Shown: positions 24,418 to 34,665 of the stretch, in pieces
How positions within the stretch are numbered: the first letter of the stretch is position 1
Layout of the letters: every line of letters starts with the position of its first letter
Assembly (NCBI GenBank): GCA_963796105.1
Contig: CAWCKJ010000002.1
Location: forward strand, 421,785 to 485,784
From: a candidate division FCPU426 bacterium
GTDB taxonomy: Bacteria; Oederibacteriota; Muellerivitia; Muellerivitales; Muellerivitaceae
Direction of reading: 5' to 3'
DNA: 64,000 nt
The notes under the pieces: model-generated
The model's database searches: none
Told to the model about the DNA's origin: nothing
The model's input: only the letters and a program-made list of their open reading frames with translations
Translations under genes and position numbers: made by a program

Positions 24418-25251
24418 ATGCTGAAATTTTTGCAGAAAAACTTTTCCCGTTTTTTTCTCCTATTCCTATTATTAACCGGCCTTTGGATCCTTGTTTACCG
24501 TAATAACCATCCTAAGTCCGAGCATCTGACGCTCAAAAATCTTTCCCTCTCCCTTTGGCTTCCGGTTCAAAGGTCTGTGAGCTGGGTTCTCGCCGTTCCG
24601 GAAAATGTCCTGACCGCGATCCTGGAACTGGGTCACTTGCGCCAGGAGGTAGCCAGGCTTCAAGTGGAGAACCAATCCCTCCGTCTGGAACTTTCAAACC
24701 ATAAATCCATCGAATCGGAATTGACGCGCTTGCAGGAAGTCCTCCAAATCAAGGCCAAACAGCCTCACCAGACGCGCATCGCCCGGATTATCGCCCATGA
24801 CCCCAGCACCTGGAACAAGAGTTTCATCATTGATGCCGGGGCCGAGGATGGCGTGACGGCGGATTCCCCTATCATCACGGAACAAGGAATCGTGGGAAGA
24901 ATTCTGGAAGTTTCCCCGAAAAATTCAAGGGTCTTATTGATTACGGATACGAGCTCCAGCGTCGCGGGAATTGATACTAGGTCCCGGGTGACTGGAGTTG
25001 TCCTGGGTACCGGGGGGAGCCAGCTGAAATATGGATACGTGAGCGCTTCCGAGGACGTTCAAGTCGGGGACCCGATCGTTTCCTCGGGATTGGGGGGCGT
25101 CTATCCAAAAGGCTACGCATTGGGTACGATTTTCAGGAAAGCCATTTCAGAGAATGGATTGAACACGGATATAGAATTGGCGCCTGCTGTGGATTTGGGC
25201 GTCCTGGATTATGTTTTCATACTCCAGCCGGTTCCCGCCATCGGGGAATAA
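24418..25251 (+). CDS. mreC: Rod shape-determining protein MreC
   Basis: TM plus coiled coil, GIVGRI, SSGLGGVYPKG; synteny. Confidence 0.93.
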   Translation: MLKFLQKNFSRFFLLFLLLTGLWILVYRNNHPKSEHLTLKNLSLSLWLPVQRSVSWVLAVPENVLTAILELGHLRQEVARLQVENQSLRLELSNHKSIESELTRLQEVLQIKAKQPHQTRIARIIAHDPSTWNKSFIIDAGAEDGVTADSPIITEQGIVGRILEVSPKNSRVLLITDTSSSVAGIDTRSRVTGVVLGTGGSQLKYGYVSASEDVQVGDPIVSSGLGGVYPKGYALGTIFRKAISENGLNTDIELAPAVDLGVLDYVFILQPVPAIGE

Positions 25252-25362
25252 GAGTGCCGTTTTAATAGATATGATTTTCACGTGAGTAAATTAGTTGGAG
25301 GGTGAGGCGCAGGTATGACACGGATTTCAGCATTTTAAATAAATCAGGTTTAAGGATGCGGG

Positions 25363-25845
25363 ATGAAATTTCCGAAAGAAATTCTATGGGTTCTAGGTCT
25401 TTTATACCTTCAACAAGTAGGGGGAATCTCCGAATGGGGAATAGACCTGCCCTTGATTTACGTAATTTTGGCGGGATTGAGAACCACCGCCCCGAAAGCC
25501 GCTGGTTGGGGATTCGTCATGGGTTTGGCGGAAGATTTATTATCGGCAGGCTGGTTTGGGGTGCACACCATCGCGAAAACTCTTACAGGAATTTTGTCAT
25601 CGCTTTCCCAAAGGCACGTTTACCGCGAGAAAATATTAACCCAAACGTTTCTCATCTTTATCATGTCGTCCTTTCATCAGCTTTTCGTTTGGGGAATCCT
25701 AAAATGGGATGGCTCGGCACCGCCCTTTGCCGACGCTTTAGGGATTGTGGGTCGGACGGTTTTCATGACCATGATCGCCGGATCGGGAGTTTCTTATATC
25801 GTAGTGAGATTCCGGCGGCGCAAGCAGGATCCCGCAACCGCTTGA
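25363..25845 (+). CDS. mreD: Rod shape-determining protein MreD
   Basis: 160-aa polytopic membrane protein with GFVMGLAEDLLS..FG, located between mreC and mrdA. Confidence 0.85.
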   Translation: MKFPKEILWVLGLLYLQQVGGISEWGIDLPLIYVILAGLRTTAPKAAGWGFVMGLAEDLLSAGWFGVHTIAKTLTGILSSLSQRHVYREKILTQTFLIFIMSSFHQLFVWGILKWDGSAPPFADALGIVGRTVFMTMIAGSGVSYIVVRFRRRKQDPATA

Positions 25846-26039
25846 TGGCGGTTAATCCCCGGAATCGACATTCCTTTTGCCTTCGGTTTGGGTGAGAAAG
25901 ATTAAGTTTAAATCCTCCCGTTGAAAGGCGGTTTGAGAATGCCATGTTTCGAAGGTTTGTTTATTCCAACGGGGTTCTTAAAATTTTTTCAAAACAAAAT
26001 TTTTCAGGTGTTCAAAATAAATGTTTTTAGGATGCCCAT

Positions 26040-27905
26040 GTGGTTCTAGGAAAATCCAACTCAAAAATCGGGGGTTTTTCCGATCGGAAGTTGAACTTTC
26101 TTCTGGGAATCATTCTTTTGGCTTTTTTGGGCATTTTCTTGAAGCTGTTTTATCTCCAAATTCTCAACTACCCGACCTTCAGGGGTTTATCCGATTCCAA
26201 TAGCTTAAGGCTCATCCCAGCCAGGGCCCCCAGAGGAATCATCACCGACCGAGACGGTGTCATTCTCGCGACGAATGTGGCGACTTATTCTGTTTTCCTT
26301 GTTCCGGCCAACTTGAGGACCTATGAATCCACCCTTTTCCGGCTAAGTCAGATACTGGGCGAACCGCTATCCTCCCTTGAGCTGCTGGTGGAAAGCCGGC
26401 GTAAGACCAGGAAATTCGAGCCCATCCGCCTCGAATCCCACCTGGATGAAAACCTCATCGCGCAGATTGAGGAGAATAGGGTCCGCCTTCCAGGTGTTTA
26501 TATCCAAATGGAACCGGAACGCTATTATCCGCACGGGGAATTAGCTTCCCACATCTTGGGGCATATCGGCGAGATCAGCGAGGCGGATTTATTGCGGTTG
26601 AAGGACACCGGCTACGCCGTGGGGGACTGGGTGGGGAAGAAAGGGGTGGAACGAACCTACGATTATTTCCTCAGGGGAACAAACGGGGGAGTCCAAGTGG
26701 AGGTGGACGCCTCGGGAGTCCAGCGCCGAACCCTGGCCTACAAAGACCCCATCCAGGGCCAGACCCTGATGCTCAGCATCGACTGGAAGCTTCAAAAGTT
26801 GGCCGAGGAATTAATGGGCGACCAGGTGGGATCTGTTATTGTCAACAATCCCAAGACAGGCGAGATCCTGGCCTTGGTCTCCAGGCCCAACTTCGATCCC
26901 AATGATTTCGTCAGCGGCATTTCTTACAAGAAATGGAACAAGCTTATCAAGGACAAGGCCCATCCCTTGGAAAACCGGGCTATCCAGGGGCAATATCCCC
27001 CTGGCTCGATCTTCAAGCTGATCACGACCTTGGCGGCTTTGGAGGATAATGTCATGGATATGAATAAAGTATTGCTTTGCCGCGGCATCTTCTGGTTCAA
27101 AACCTGGCCTTACCGCTGTTGGAGAACCACCGGGCATGGATGGATGAACTTGAAGAACGCCATCATCGAGTCCTGCGATATTTTTTTCTATCAATTGGGT
27201 CTTCTGGTGAAGGTCGATAAGATCTACCGGGTGGCGCGAAATCTGGGTCTGGGGGCTAAGACACAGGTGGACTTGGATTCGGAGGTGCCCGGGCTCGTGC
27301 CTAACCCCCGTTGGAAGGAAAGCACTCAGCATATGCCCTGGTTCCCGGGCAACACGATACAAATGAGCATTGGCCAAGGGTATCTCCTGACGACTCCATT
27401 GCAGATGTTGGATGTCACCTCCGGAATTGCCATGAACGGAAAAATTTTTAGACCCCATCTATTGTACCGGGTGGTGGATCAGAAAACGGACCGGGCTGTT
27501 TTCGAGAAACAACCGGAGCTTCTTCAGGATGCTGGAGTGAATCAGGACTATCTTCGATTCATTAAGGACTGCATGGAACAGGTCGTGGCTTCCGACCGGG
27601 GGACCGGCAAAAAAGCACGTATCAGGGGGATTCGAATCGCCGGCAAGACGGGGACTTCTGAGAATCCCCATGGCGACAATCACGCCTGGTTCACGGCCTA
27701 TGCGCCGGTGGAAGATCCCAAAGTTGGAATCATTGTTTTGGTGGAAAATGGGGGAGAAGGCGGCATCGTGGCCGCTCCTATCGCCAAACGGTTGATGGAA
27801 CAGGCTTTCGGTCAGGATGTCGAGCTTTGGCAGACCCCGACGCCCTCGATACCAGAAGCCACCCCGGAGATTACCCCCACACCTGTGGTTGGAGTGGCTC
27901 CATGA
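26040..27905 (+). CDS. mrdA: Penicillin-binding protein 2
   Basis: APRG.I.DR, YPPGSIFK (SxxK), ESCDIFFY, AGKTGT; start uncertain. Confidence 0.95.
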   Translation: MVLGKSNSKIGGFSDRKLNFLLGIILLAFLGIFLKLFYLQILNYPTFRGLSDSNSLRLIPARAPRGIITDRDGVILATNVATYSVFLVPANLRTYESTLFRLSQILGEPLSSLELLVESRRKTRKFEPIRLESHLDENLIAQIEENRVRLPGVYIQMEPERYYPHGELASHILGHIGEISEADLLRLKDTGYAVGDWVGKKGVERTYDYFLRGTNGGVQVEVDASGVQRRTLAYKDPIQGQTLMLSIDWKLQKLAEELMGDQVGSVIVNNPKTGEILALVSRPNFDPNDFVSGISYKKWNKLIKDKAHPLENRAIQGQYPPGSIFKLITTLAALEDNVMDMNKVLLCRGIFWFKTWPYRCWRTTGHGWMNLKNAIIESCDIFFYQLGLLVKVDKIYRVARNLGLGAKTQVDLDSEVPGLVPNPRWKESTQHMPWFPGNTIQMSIGQGYLLTTPLQMLDVTSGIAMNGKIFRPHLLYRVVDQKTDRAVFEKQPELLQDAGVNQDYLRFIKDCMEQVVASDRGTGKKARIRGIRIAGKTGTSENPHGDNHAWFTAYAPVEDPKVGIIVLVENGGEGGIVAAPIAKRLMEQAFGQDVELWQTPTPSIPEATPEITPTPVVGVAP

Positions 27906-27997
27906 TTTTGGAATTGGGGCCTTGGTTTGCTGTGCCGGCGCCGGCCCAGGGAAATGCTTTTGATCACTGGGTCCGGAAAGGCTTTGAAAGGTGAATC

Positions 27998-29116
27998 ATG
28001 ACAAACGCCTTTAAAAATTATTTCAGGTGGATGGATTGGGTTTTGGCCTCGGAAGTCCTCGCCCTATCATTAATAGGAATATTTTTAGTTTATTCCGCGA
28101 CTTCGCACAACTCCGACATTGCGGGTCTTTGGAAGAAACAAATCTATTGGTTTTTCATCTCTTTTGTCGTGATGTGGTTCTTTTCCAAAATTGATTACCG
28201 GTTTTGGATCGAGGCTTCCTATATTTTCTACTGGGTATCCATCGTTTCCCTCATAGCTGTTTTCGTGATCGGTGATGAGGCGAACGGAGCCAGGAGATGG
28301 ATTAAGCTTGGGTTTCTTTCTTACCAGCCCTCTGAGCTTGCGAAATTATCCATTCTGCTGGTTTTAGCCCGGTATATAGGAAGCCGAACAGTGGAACTTT
28401 TATATTTGAAAAGCCTTTTCTTCCTTCTTGCCATGTTGGGTGTGCCTTTAATTCTCATCCTGAGGCAACCTGACCTGGGTTCAGCCCTTTTATTGATTCC
28501 GGTTTCTCTTGTCCTGATGTACGTGGGAGGTATTCGCTTTCGCTGGCTCGCTTGGCTGTTCCTTATGGGGACAGCGTCCTGCCCCCTGATATGGCATTTT
28601 TTAAAGGACTACCAAAAGGAAAGATTGGAGGTGTTTCTCAACCCCCAGGATGACCCTCTGGGCGCGGGATACAACATCATCCAATCAGTGATCGCCATTG
28701 GCTCCGGCGGATTTTCCGGCAAAGGCTATTTGCACGGAACCCAAACACAACTTTCCTTTATCCCGGAGCACCATACGGATTTTATTTTTTCCGTTGTCGG
28801 GGAAGAATTAGGCTTTATCGGATGCGTTACAGTCCTGGTCCTTTACTTCTTTATGGTTCAAAAATCTTTCGATATCGCCCGAAAAGCCAGGGACCGCGAA
28901 GGCTCTCTTCTGGCGTTGGGTATCGCCAGCATGTTCGCGGTTCAGGTAATCGTAAACGTCGGCATGACCATCGGCTTGCTGCCGGTGGCTGGCTTGACTC
29001 TTCCTTTCATCAGCTATGGAGGATCCTCGCTGGCTTTCAGCTATGCTGCGATCGGGGTTCTTTTAAATATTTCCTACGCTAACCGCAGGCCTACCTTGAT
29101 CAGCATGAATAACTGA
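27998..29116 (+). CDS. rodA: Rod shape-determining protein RodA
   Basis: QPSELAK, QPDLGSA, IPEHHTDFIF, LPFISYGGSS. Confidence 0.95.
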   Translation: MTNAFKNYFRWMDWVLASEVLALSLIGIFLVYSATSHNSDIAGLWKKQIYWFFISFVVMWFFSKIDYRFWIEASYIFYWVSIVSLIAVFVIGDEANGARRWIKLGFLSYQPSELAKLSILLVLARYIGSRTVELLYLKSLFFLLAMLGVPLILILRQPDLGSALLLIPVSLVLMYVGGIRFRWLAWLFLMGTASCPLIWHFLKDYQKERLEVFLNPQDDPLGAGYNIIQSVIAIGSGGFSGKGYLHGTQTQLSFIPEHHTDFIFSVVGEELGFIGCVTVLVLYFFMVQKSFDIARKARDREGSLLALGIASMFAVQVIVNVGMTIGLLPVAGLTLPFISYGGSSLAFSYAAIGVLLNISYANRRPTLISMNN

Positions 29117-29143
29117 GGAAAAAAATCACAAGGACAGGTCTTT

Positions 29144-29152
29144 TGCTATACT
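29144..29152 (+). promoter_or_regulatory. Extended -10 promoter element
   Basis: TGcTATACT about 22 nt upstream of ORF 29175. Confidence 0.4.
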
Positions 29153-29174
29153 TCCTGCATTATCGAGGATTTGA

Positions 29175-29609
29175 ATGACCGTAAAAACCAAAAAATTAAC
29201 CTTCACCAAGGGACTTTTGATCTATGTCTTTTGTTTCGCGTTTACTCTCCTGGGGGTTTATCTCTTACGCCAAGCCTTGATCCCAAAGGAAGAGATGGAC
29301 TGCTATAACCGGGTGATCACCCTTCAAAAGGCCGTGAACCAGTGGAACCAAGTTCATCCGGATAAAATCATCAATGACGAGATTGACGACGCGCTTTTGA
29401 CTAAAGAGGGCTTCCTGCGGCCACAAACTTATGATCACGAGAAACATTTCTACTTCGTGGGTGAAACCGCGCACGGCCTGCGCGTGAAATGCAACAAGCA
29501 CGAGGATAATCCCCTGATCCTCCGGCTGACAGGGGACGCCATCCTGGCTGTTATGGTGTTCGTGGTTTTTTGCTCCCTCCGGGGCTATGTACTTTTCAAT
29601 CCTGAGTAA
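29175..29609 (+). CDS. Hypothetical protein with N- and C-terminal TM helices
   Basis: 144 aa, SD GAGGA, two hydrophobic segments. Confidence 0.7.
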   Translation: MTVKTKKLTFTKGLLIYVFCFAFTLLGVYLLRQALIPKEEMDCYNRVITLQKAVNQWNQVHPDKIINDEIDDALLTKEGFLRPQTYDHEKHFYFVGETAHGLRVKCNKHEDNPLILRLTGDAILAVMVFVVFCSLRGYVLFNPE

Positions 29610-29621
29610 ACCGAGGAAAAA

Positions 29622-30542
29622 ATGTCCAAAGTATTAATCGTGGGTTCGGTCGCTTACGACGGTTTGAAAACTCCCTACGGTTACACGACCCGCACTCTTG
29701 GCGGCTCCGCCACCTACGCCAGTCTTGCCTCCTCGCTATTTGCGCCCACCCATCTCGTGGGGGTTGTCGGCGAGGACTTTCGTCCCTCCGATTTGAAACT
29801 CTTGAAATCCAAGAATATCGGCCTGGACGGACTTGCCCTCGCCAAAGGAAAGACTTTCTATTGGAAGGGTTATTATAAAAAAGAAGATATGAACGTGGCT
29901 TACACCTTGAAGACGGAATTGAATGTCTTCGCCCAATTCGACCCGAAGATTCCCGAAAAGGACCGGCATATCCCTTATTTGTTTTTGGCCAACATTCATC
30001 CCGCCCTTCAATTGAATGTTCTCAAGCAGATGTATAAGCCAAAATTCACGATGCTAGATACCAGGGAGCTTTGGATCGAAAAGACCCCAAAAGAGTTGTT
30101 AAGGGTCATGGAAAAAGTGGATTTGATGGTGCTCAATGACATGGAAGTCAAACTCCTCACGGGGGAACACCATCTCGGGAAAGCTGCGCAAGCCATCCTG
30201 AAACTCGGACCGAAAAGGGTTATTGTCAAGAAAGGTGAGCACGGTTCTATGTTGATCGGTCCGGATGGCGTTTTCACCTCACCCGCGGTTCTTCTGGAAA
30301 GGGTGGTGGATCCGACAGGAGCAGGGGATACCTTCGCGGGCGGGATGATCGGCTACTTGGCCCGCCAGGGCAAAATCGAACTGCAAACCTTGAAGAAGTC
30401 TATTGTGGTGGGGAGCCTGACCGCCTCGTTTACCGTGGAGGAAATGGGTGTGAAGAGTATCGCGGCGCTGACCAGAAATAAAGTGTCGGCCCGGGCCAAA
30501 GAATTTTATCGATTTGCCAGCCTTCCTCTAATAAAATTGTAA
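29622..30542 (+). CDS. PfkB family carbohydrate/nucleoside kinase
   Basis: LGGSATY, VKKGEHG, DPTGAGDTFAGG. Confidence 0.92.
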   Translation: MSKVLIVGSVAYDGLKTPYGYTTRTLGGSATYASLASSLFAPTHLVGVVGEDFRPSDLKLLKSKNIGLDGLALAKGKTFYWKGYYKKEDMNVAYTLKTELNVFAQFDPKIPEKDRHIPYLFLANIHPALQLNVLKQMYKPKFTMLDTRELWIEKTPKELLRVMEKVDLMVLNDMEVKLLTGEHHLGKAAQAILKLGPKRVIVKKGEHGSMLIGPDGVFTSPAVLLERVVDPTGAGDTFAGGMIGYLARQGKIELQTLKKSIVVGSLTASFTVEEMGVKSIAALTRNKVSARAKEFYRFASLPLIKL

Positions 30543-30669
30543 CCTCTGAAAAAGTAAGCTATCGACTCCTTTTTCAGAAAATCATTTATGGAAACCCCAC
30601 GATTTCCTGCGGAAATCTTTGGGGTAGAAACCTCTGTTGGTCGCTTTATGAAAATTTTTCAGAGGTTTC
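30539..30669. mobile_element. 131-bp MITE-like element
   Basis: 15-bp TIR G(T/A)AACCTCTGAAAAA (14/15 match), flanking AAATT direct repeats (30534-38 and 30670-74), internal hairpin 30594-30625. Confidence 0.7.
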
Positions 30670-30754
30670 AAATTATAAAACATTAAGCCGCATACTTAGA
30701 CCATGAGCGCGAAAGGAGAGTCTTTCGCGCTCATGTTGTATAGGGGAAGAATCC

Positions 30755-31933
30755 ATGGCTATTCAAACCGCGTCTAATCTCATCAAAAAATTTCCACCTT
30801 ATATTTTCGCGGTGTTGAAGTCCGAGATGGTGGCGGCGCGGCAAAAGGGCATCGACGTTATCGATTTCACGATGGGCAACCCGGATGGGGCCACGCCCCA
30901 GCCAATCGTCGACAAATTAGTGGAAGTCATTCAGGACAAGAAATCCCACCGATATTCCACCTCCAAGGGAATACCGGCTCTTTTGAAATCCATTTCCCGC
31001 TGGTACAACCGCAAATACGGCGTTTCAATCGATCCCAAGACCGAGGCGGTTTCAGTGATCGGGTCCAAGGAAGGGCTGGCCCATTTAGCTCTCTCCATCA
31101 TCAACCGGGGGGATCAGGTTTTCGTGCCGGATCCGACATATCCCATCCACCATTACAGCGTCATCATCGCCGGAGGGAAATTGGTCACCATCCCTATCCT
31201 GGGTGGGCCCGAGGATTTCCTTCGGCGGCTGGAAAAAGCAACTAGCAGGGCCGGCGCCAAGCCTAAAATGCTTATTATAAATTTCCCACATAATCCCACA
31301 ACGCTCTGCGTGGAGAGCCAGTTTTTTAAGGACATCGTCAAGTGGGCCAAGAAAAATCAGGTCATGGTGGTCCATGACCTGGCTTACGCCGATATCGTTT
31401 TCGATGGATATAAGGTGCCGAGTTTCCTGGCCACCCCAGGGGCCAAAGAAATCGGTGTTGAGGTATTCACGCTCTCGAAATCCTACAATATGGCCGGGTG
31501 GCGGATAGGATTCGCCGCCGGCAACGCCAAAGTCATCGCCTCTCTGGCTAAAATCAAGAGTTACATGGATTATGGGATATTCACTCCCATTCAAGTGGCC
31601 GCCATCACCGCCTTGGACAGCCCCGAGGAGAATCTGCGTCAGCTGGCATCCAAATACCAGCTTCGGCGCGACATTATGGTGGACGCCATGAATAAAATGG
31701 GTTGGCCTGTGGAGAAACCCATGGCGGCCATGTACCTCTGGGCTAAGATTCCCCAAAAGTTTGCGCGCCTGACTTCCATGGATTTCTCCGTGAAACTTTT
31801 AAGGGAAGCAGCAACCGCCGTGTCGCCCGGCTCTGGCTTTGGGAAGCTGGGAGAAGGCTACGTGCGCATAGCGCTGGTGGAGAACAAAGACCGTATTAGG
31901 CAGGCTTTGCGTAATATGAAAAAGATCATGTGA
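30755..31933 (+). CDS. Class I/II PLP aminotransferase (AlaC/LL-DAP aminotransferase-like)
   Basis: GNPDGATP, GSKEGLAH, NFPHNPT, HDLAY, TLSKSYNMAGWRIG, GEGYVRIALVEN. Confidence 0.9.
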   Translation: MAIQTASNLIKKFPPYIFAVLKSEMVAARQKGIDVIDFTMGNPDGATPQPIVDKLVEVIQDKKSHRYSTSKGIPALLKSISRWYNRKYGVSIDPKTEAVSVIGSKEGLAHLALSIINRGDQVFVPDPTYPIHHYSVIIAGGKLVTIPILGGPEDFLRRLEKATSRAGAKPKMLIINFPHNPTTLCVESQFFKDIVKWAKKNQVMVVHDLAYADIVFDGYKVPSFLATPGAKEIGVEVFTLSKSYNMAGWRIGFAAGNAKVIASLAKIKSYMDYGIFTPIQVAAITALDSPEENLRQLASKYQLRRDIMVDAMNKMGWPVEKPMAAMYLWAKIPQKFARLTSMDFSVKLLREAATAVSPGSGFGKLGEGYVRIALVENKDRIRQALRNMKKIM

Positions 31934-32001
31934 ATAAACGGGAATCATCTCCACGCTTCAAGAAGACTCCCGGATTTGCCACATGGTCAAAATAGAGGAG
32001 A

Positions 32002-33171
32002 ATGAAAATGGAAATTGCGGAAAGAATGGAAAAAATTGCGCCGTCCATGACCCTGGCCATCGACGCCAAGGCTAAGAAATTGAAGGAAGAAGGCCAAGAT
32101 ATCCTGAACTTCGGGGCCGGGGAGCCGGACTTCAACACGCCAGCCCCCATATGCGAGGCGGCTAAAAAAGCCATTGATGAAGGTCATCACAAATATACCC
32201 CCGCCGCGGGAACTTTAGAAATAAGAAAAGCCATCGGCCAGTACCTGAACCAGAATTACAAGGTTCAATACGAGCCGGGGGACATAGTGGTTTCTTGCGG
32301 GGCTAAGCATTCCCTCTATAACGCCTTCTTGGCGCTGGTCAATCCGGGCGATGAAGTGCTGATTCCGTCGCCTTTTTGGGTGAGCTACCCGGAACAGGTC
32401 AAGTTTGCGGGAGGGATTCCGGTTTACGTGGATTGTCCGGAAAATGATGAGTTTAAATTGACGCCGGAAGCCTTGAAGGCGAGGATTACTCCCAAAACCA
32501 AGGTTCTCATCCTGAATTCCCCCAGTAACCCGACCGGGGCCGTGATAGGGCGCAAGGCCATGGAAGGTGTCGCGGAACTTGTAGTAAAACATAAAATCTG
32601 GGTCATCACGGATGAGATTTACAGCAAGCTTATTTACGGGGAAGAACATGTTTGCTTCCCGTCCTTGTCCAAGGAAGTAACCTCCCAGACGATCCTAGTG
32701 AACGGAATGTCCAAGTCATACGCCATGACCGGCTGGCGACTGGGTTATGCCGCCGGACCTTCCAAGGTGATGAAGGTTATCGGGGATTTCCAAAGCCATT
32801 CCACCTCCAACGCCACCGCGATTGTCCAAAAGGCGGGGGTCGCGGCCCTAGCCCTGCCAGATTCCGAGCTTCAGAAAATGGTGGACGTTTTTAGAAAACG
32901 GCGTGACCTCATCGTGGAGGGGCTGAACAATATACCAGGGATCAAGTGCCTCAAGCCAGCGGGTGCCTTCTATGTTTTTCCCAATGTGAAGGGCCTTTTC
33001 AAACCGGGACGGGCCAATTCCATGGAGCTCTCGGACTATTTACTGGACAAAGCTAAAGTTGCAATCACGCCAGGCATCGCTTTCGGAGCTGAAGGGTATT
33101 TGCGCTTATCCTACGCCACCAGCGAGAAGGCCATTCATGAGGGTTTGAAACGCATCAAGGATGTGGTTTGA
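32002..33171 (+). CDS. aspC: Aspartate aminotransferase-like PLP enzyme
   Basis: GEPDFNTP, NSPSNPTG, DEIY, SKSYAMTGWRLGY, RLSYA. Confidence 0.88.
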   Translation: MKMEIAERMEKIAPSMTLAIDAKAKKLKEEGQDILNFGAGEPDFNTPAPICEAAKKAIDEGHHKYTPAAGTLEIRKAIGQYLNQNYKVQYEPGDIVVSCGAKHSLYNAFLALVNPGDEVLIPSPFWVSYPEQVKFAGGIPVYVDCPENDEFKLTPEALKARITPKTKVLILNSPSNPTGAVIGRKAMEGVAELVVKHKIWVITDEIYSKLIYGEEHVCFPSLSKEVTSQTILVNGMSKSYAMTGWRLGYAAGPSKVMKVIGDFQSHSTSNATAIVQKAGVAALALPDSELQKMVDVFRKRRDLIVEGLNNIPGIKCLKPAGAFYVFPNVKGLFKPGRANSMELSDYLLDKAKVAITPGIAFGAEGYLRLSYATSEKAIHEGLKRIKDVV

Positions 33172-33246
33172 CGCGCGGAGGTGGTTGTTTTTAAGAAAGA
33201 AAAGGCTTTTTCTTGAAAGCACACTTCTTTTACTATAATCTATAAA

Positions 33247-33320
33247 TCCTTCGTTAAAACGCCCCGACCCCCATGGGACCGGGGCGTTTTGCTATTTAAC
33301 GAGGGAAGTCGGGGCGGTTG
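33247..33320 (+). promoter_or_regulatory. Structured 5' leader of the hom operon (candidate cis-regulatory RNA)
   Basis: TATAAT at 33234-39, then nested stems 33247-58/33295-306 and 33256-66/33280-90, plus an alternative partner at 33308-19. Confidence 0.5.
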
Positions 33321-33344
33321 AATGAGTCTTTCGGGAGCGGTGAA

Positions 33345-34664
33345 ATGGCTGAAAAGTCTGTAATTCAAATTGGAATGGTCGGTTTTGGGACCATAGGCCA
33401 AGGCGTATATCGCCTGCTGGAAAAAAATCGTCCCCTCATTGAGGCTAAAATCGGCGCCTCTTTGCGCATTAAGAAAATTGTGGACAAGGACATCAGCCGT
33501 CCGCGGGAAGTTATTGTGCCCGAGGGAATGATGTCCGCTAATTATGACGAGATCGTAACCGACCCTGAGATCGACATTGTCCTGGAACTCGTCGGCGGGC
33601 TGGAACCGGCGCGGACTTTCCTGCTGGACGCTATGCGCCGCGGTAAACATATTGTCACGGCCAACAAGGCGGTTCTTTCCACCTATTGGGACGAGATCAT
33701 CCAGACCGCGCGCCAGCACAAGGTGGATATCTATTTCGAGGCCTCTGTTTGCAGCGGAGTGCCGGTGATCCAGGCCATCAACGACGGGTTGGCTCCCAAT
33801 AACATCACTTCCATATACGGCATCTTGAACGGAACCACCAATTTCATCCTTCAGAAGATGACTGAGGAAAAAAAATCATTCAAGGAAGCGCTGCTTCTGG
33901 CCCAGAAAAAAGGCCTGGCCGAGGCCGACCCGACGCTGGACATCAGTGGAATGGACGCGGCTCACAAACTCTCCATCCTGGCCTCGCTGGCTTTTTCCAA
34001 GCGGGTCCGGGTCGAGGATATTTATGTCGAGGGGATCGACAAAATCACCTTCCAGGACATCGAGTTCGCCCGGGAGGAGTTTGGACGTGTGGTTAAATTG
34101 CTCGCCATTGCCGAGGTGGAAGGGGACGAATTGGAAGTTCGCGTCCATCCTACGCTCATTCCCGAGGATCACCTGCTGGCCAAGGTCGATGGAGAGTACA
34201 ACGGCGTCTTGGTAACTGGGGATTTCATCGGAACCACCATGTACTACGGTTTGGGAGCGGGGCAAAGGCCTACGGCCTCAGGGGTTATGAGCGACTTGAT
34301 TTACGTGAGCCGCAGCATCCATGACAACGTTGCGGGTGAGACTTCCAACTGCTGGTTCGTTAATGACGATTCCCAAATCAAGAGAATCCGCAAAATGGGC
34401 GATGTTAAATCCCGGTATTACCTCAAGTTCTCGGTCCTAGACCAAGTGGGCGTTCTTTCGGCCATTTCGCGAATTTTAGGGGAGCACCAGATTTCCATCG
34501 CGTCGGTCATCCAGAAAGAACAGAAAAAAGGCGATAAGGTGCCGGTCGTGATCGTCACGTACGAGGCCCTGGAGAAAAACGTCCAGGAAGCGCTGAAAAA
34601 GATCAACGGGCTTCCATTTATCCAGGAGGAAACCCTCCTGATCAGAATGGATCGGGGTGAATAA
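33345..34664 (+). CDS. hom: Homoserine dehydrogenase with ACT domain
   Basis: [44 protein letters not shown]-terminal ACT. Confidence 0.96.
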   Translation: MAEKSVIQIGMVGFGTIGQGVYRLLEKNRPLIEAKIGASLRIKKIVDKDISRPREVIVPEGMMSANYDEIVTDPEIDIVLELVGGLEPARTFLLDAMRRGKHIVTANKAVLSTYWDEIIQTARQHKVDIYFEASVCSGVPVIQAINDGLAPNNITSIYGILNGTTNFILQKMTEEKKSFKEALLLAQKKGLAEADPTLDISGMDAAHKLSILASLAFSKRVRVEDIYVEGIDKITFQDIEFAREEFGRVVKLLAIAEVEGDELEVRVHPTLIPEDHLLAKVDGEYNGVLVTGDFIGTTMYYGLGAGQRPTASGVMSDLIYVSRSIHDNVAGETSNCWFVNDDSQIKRIRKMGDVKSRYYLKFSVLDQVGVLSAISRILGEHQISIASVIQKEQKKGDKVPVVIVTYEALEKNVQEALKKINGLPFIQEETLLIRMDRGE

Positions 34665-34665
34665 T

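Noticed and set aside
33273..33299. Attenuator leader peptide (MGPGRFAI*) before hom
   Set aside because: No SD and no Thr/Ile/Lys codon run.
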